Shown here: positions 38,801 to 39,413 of the stretch, in pieces | Numbering within the stretch: the stretch's first letter is position 1 | Layout of the letters: every line of letters begins with the position of its first letter | Assembly: GCA_018674095.1 (NCBI GenBank) | Contig: JABHAX010000055.1 | Span: 1-39,413, forward strand | DNA length: 39,413 nt | DNA from: Fidelibacterota bacterium | GTDB lineage: Bacteria; Fidelibacterota; Marinisomatia; Marinisomatales; UBA1611 | Reading direction: 5' to 3' | The notes under the pieces: generated by a model | Seen by the model: only the letters and a program-made list of their open reading frames with translations | Database searches by the model: none | Told to the model about the DNA's origin: nothing | Translations under genes and position numbers: made by a program

Positions 38801-38972
38801 AGGATTTATCAACTTGCAGTAAAAAGACAGCATCTCTAACAGCTGCTCCAGTAATGCTTGCTGAAACCACAGCAAAAAACATAATAAATAAAAGAGCTGT
38901 TTGCGTTCTTTCTTCGGATTTAATGTTAATAAGTGCCATGATGGGTGTTGGAAAGTTAAACCCATCTGTCAA
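35784..38972 (-). CDS. fusion protein: TLC/MFS-like transporter + helical-repeat (HEAT-like) region + C-terminal cyclic-nucleotide-binding domain
   Basis: 1062 aa. Residues ~15-405 contain about 11-12 TM helices with [33 protein letters not shown] (ATP/ADP-translocase-like). Residues ~410-920 look all-helical. Residues ~925-1045 form a cNMP domain with phosphate-binding cassette [15 protein letters not shown]. Start is TTG 38972 or ATG 38939. Confidence 0.8.
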   Translation of the reverse strand: MTDGFNFPTPIMALINIKSEERTQTALLFIMFFAVVSASITGAAVRDAVFLLQVDKSYLPLMFIAIAVVMAAVIFIYKKLTSNLDQVFIITISGAIFSISLFFLQTNLSGFFIPVLYVWVEIVTVLSIFQFWILAGEIFNARQAKRIFSLVSAGGSFAGMGAGYCIKPFVTTYGSEKLLFLTIFFIGFSVMIAHLLRPFRKRHEIRKVIIEPQPSKSTDFGPYLKSIALLIGLAAFISKIVDYQFKMMAANTFTNQNDLMSFFGTYYMSVGAVTLIMQFFVTGFILTRFGILAGLLILPISLVIGSSGFLALGTLSAVFIAKFLDQVFKFSTNNAVQEILWLPVTPEKKKRTKPLIDGTIRSGLEGLAGLCIFMLVSFNLVPQDKIHWLSLLVILGVFLWIWNSFKLKNGYVNSLVKSIENRQLNLDDVEFDIKDSHIVSTLDNTLRDDNELKQLFALDLLWTLPLHPWKNTLHHLYNHGSIQVKRTVLELTWNQPKILSDSLVFNAINDSTDLAPFAISCAGDRKIPYLKEKITPLLKNNSIDLAVAVAVTILNSDPNHLESMQLINHLLKSHDTEILCTTIGFLKNSGQWISSEDKKRFLVHSSPKVKQQILKVLVKSPTPDYLDLLIHNLAHFDTFIYAENALKQFDSSLVLDKFKHSLFQSDSSTNLKLGILRTAHEFYNETMIAYLSAGLGDSDLLILNGISNALLRISKKFGINETVFNEIDEHISGISKRAYKLYQLRHHLKDAPHAFLILDHIESDLRKVIPILLKLGTLKTTDIPIETYIRYVKSREPDLLPVVLELVDTTFSPENRKRTLPLIDPDSDKIETGKNLFPEIAKDSEEMLMEWIKNPHKWKTAIAIHFLLKTEQTALLKKINWAELPKSIFTQNLFNKTQQDYLNRNFLNDKFTTQENPSMYSILEKTIILKSVNLFHEIPGDVLTQIAQIAEEIRYEPQQKIFKEGDYGDSLFVIISGKIDIIQNEHSITQLEKGNCIGEMALLDQEPRSADAITLGDSILLKIDQEGFYELMASNPEIMKQIVKMLTRRVREMNEKLIEAMK

Positions 38973-39066
38973 TCTATAAAATGTGGATTATGGTACTGGA
39001 AGTAAAATGCGTAAACACTTAATATTCAACCCAATTTTATTCAATAAAAATATTAAAAGGATTATT

Positions 39067-39413
39067 ATGGCTAACCTATCAACTGTTACCTCTTCACCAG
39101 AATCGTGGAACGAAACTCAGGCAGATCTTATTGCGGTCGGTGTTTTCGAAGATAAAAGTTTGACCCCGATGGCAAATACCATCAATAAAGCATCAAACTT
39201 TGTATTTACCGAAGCAATCGACTTGGGAGATGTGAAAGGTAAATCCGGTGAATCACATTTTTTCTATGTAGATGGAAAACGAATCCTCCTTTTAGGACTC
39301 GGTAATAAAAATAAATTTGATGCCAATGCAGTTCGATTGGCCGCCGGGAAAGTATCCCGAACCGCCATAAGTAAAAAATTAGATTCAGTTGCAATGGAAT
39401 GTTTTTGTAATAA
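39067..39413 (+). CDS. pepA: leucyl aminopeptidase (M17, PepA), 3'-partial
   Basis: Not in the ORF track because the frame is still open at the window end. My translation is MANLSTVTSSPESWNETQADLIAVGVFEDKSLTPMANTINKASNFVFTEAIDLGDVKGKSGESHFFYVDGKRILLLGLGNKNKFDANAVRLAAGKVSR..., which matches the PepA N-terminal domain pattern. Confidence 0.75.
   Translation, partial: MANLSTVTSSPESWNETQADLIAVGVFEDKSLTPMANTINKASNFVFTEAIDLGDVKGKSGESHFFYVDGKRILLLGLGNKNKFDANAVRLAAGKVSRTAISKKLDSVAMECFCN

Overview
39.4 kb, low-GC, very gene-dense window with about 40 CDS, almost all on the + strand; one four-gene minus-strand block lies at 25.9-28.6 kb and one giant minus-strand gene at 35.8-39.0 kb. Many neighbouring genes overlap by 1-8 nt. 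Most of the content is ordinary core housekeeping: ispG (5'-truncated by the window edge), comM/yifB, folB-folK, a deoxynucleoside kinase, rsmE, a HIT protein, smc, mscS, an mmuP/mmuM-like pair, dut, groES-groEL, polA, an ABC-2 exporter, alr, rlmH, a DASS transporter, a DUF1343/NamZ-like hydrolase with an outer-membrane barrel and a UMF1 MFS transporter, an acyl-CoA thioesterase, acs, and the start of pepA (3'-truncated). I see no rRNA, tRNA, CRISPR array, transposase or integrase. A decayed type IX secretion C-terminal sorting domain and the long-form IspG suggest an FCB-group or related uncultured, possibly marine, lineage, but this is inference only. I do not see a clear defence island or a multi-gene novel system. 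The items most worth follow-up are: (1) a 1062-aa protein fusing a TLC/MFS-like transporter, a helical-repeat region and a cyclic-nucleotide-binding domain; (2) an ABC ATPase with degenerate Q-loop, signature and H-loop motifs, translationally coupled to a permease, a nucleoside-2-deoxyribosyltransferase-like protein and alr; (3) acs, whose conserved-looking N-terminus lies upstream of the first ATG and in frame with the thioesterase TAG stop, so an ATT start is likely; (4) a RelE/ParE-Phd toxin-antitoxin islet with a palindromic operator; (5) a T9SS sorting-domain gene relic; (6) a degenerate heptanucleotide repeat array; (7) a 59-aa ORF missed by the ORF track. All family assignments come from motif recognition by eye and need HMM or BLAST confirmation.
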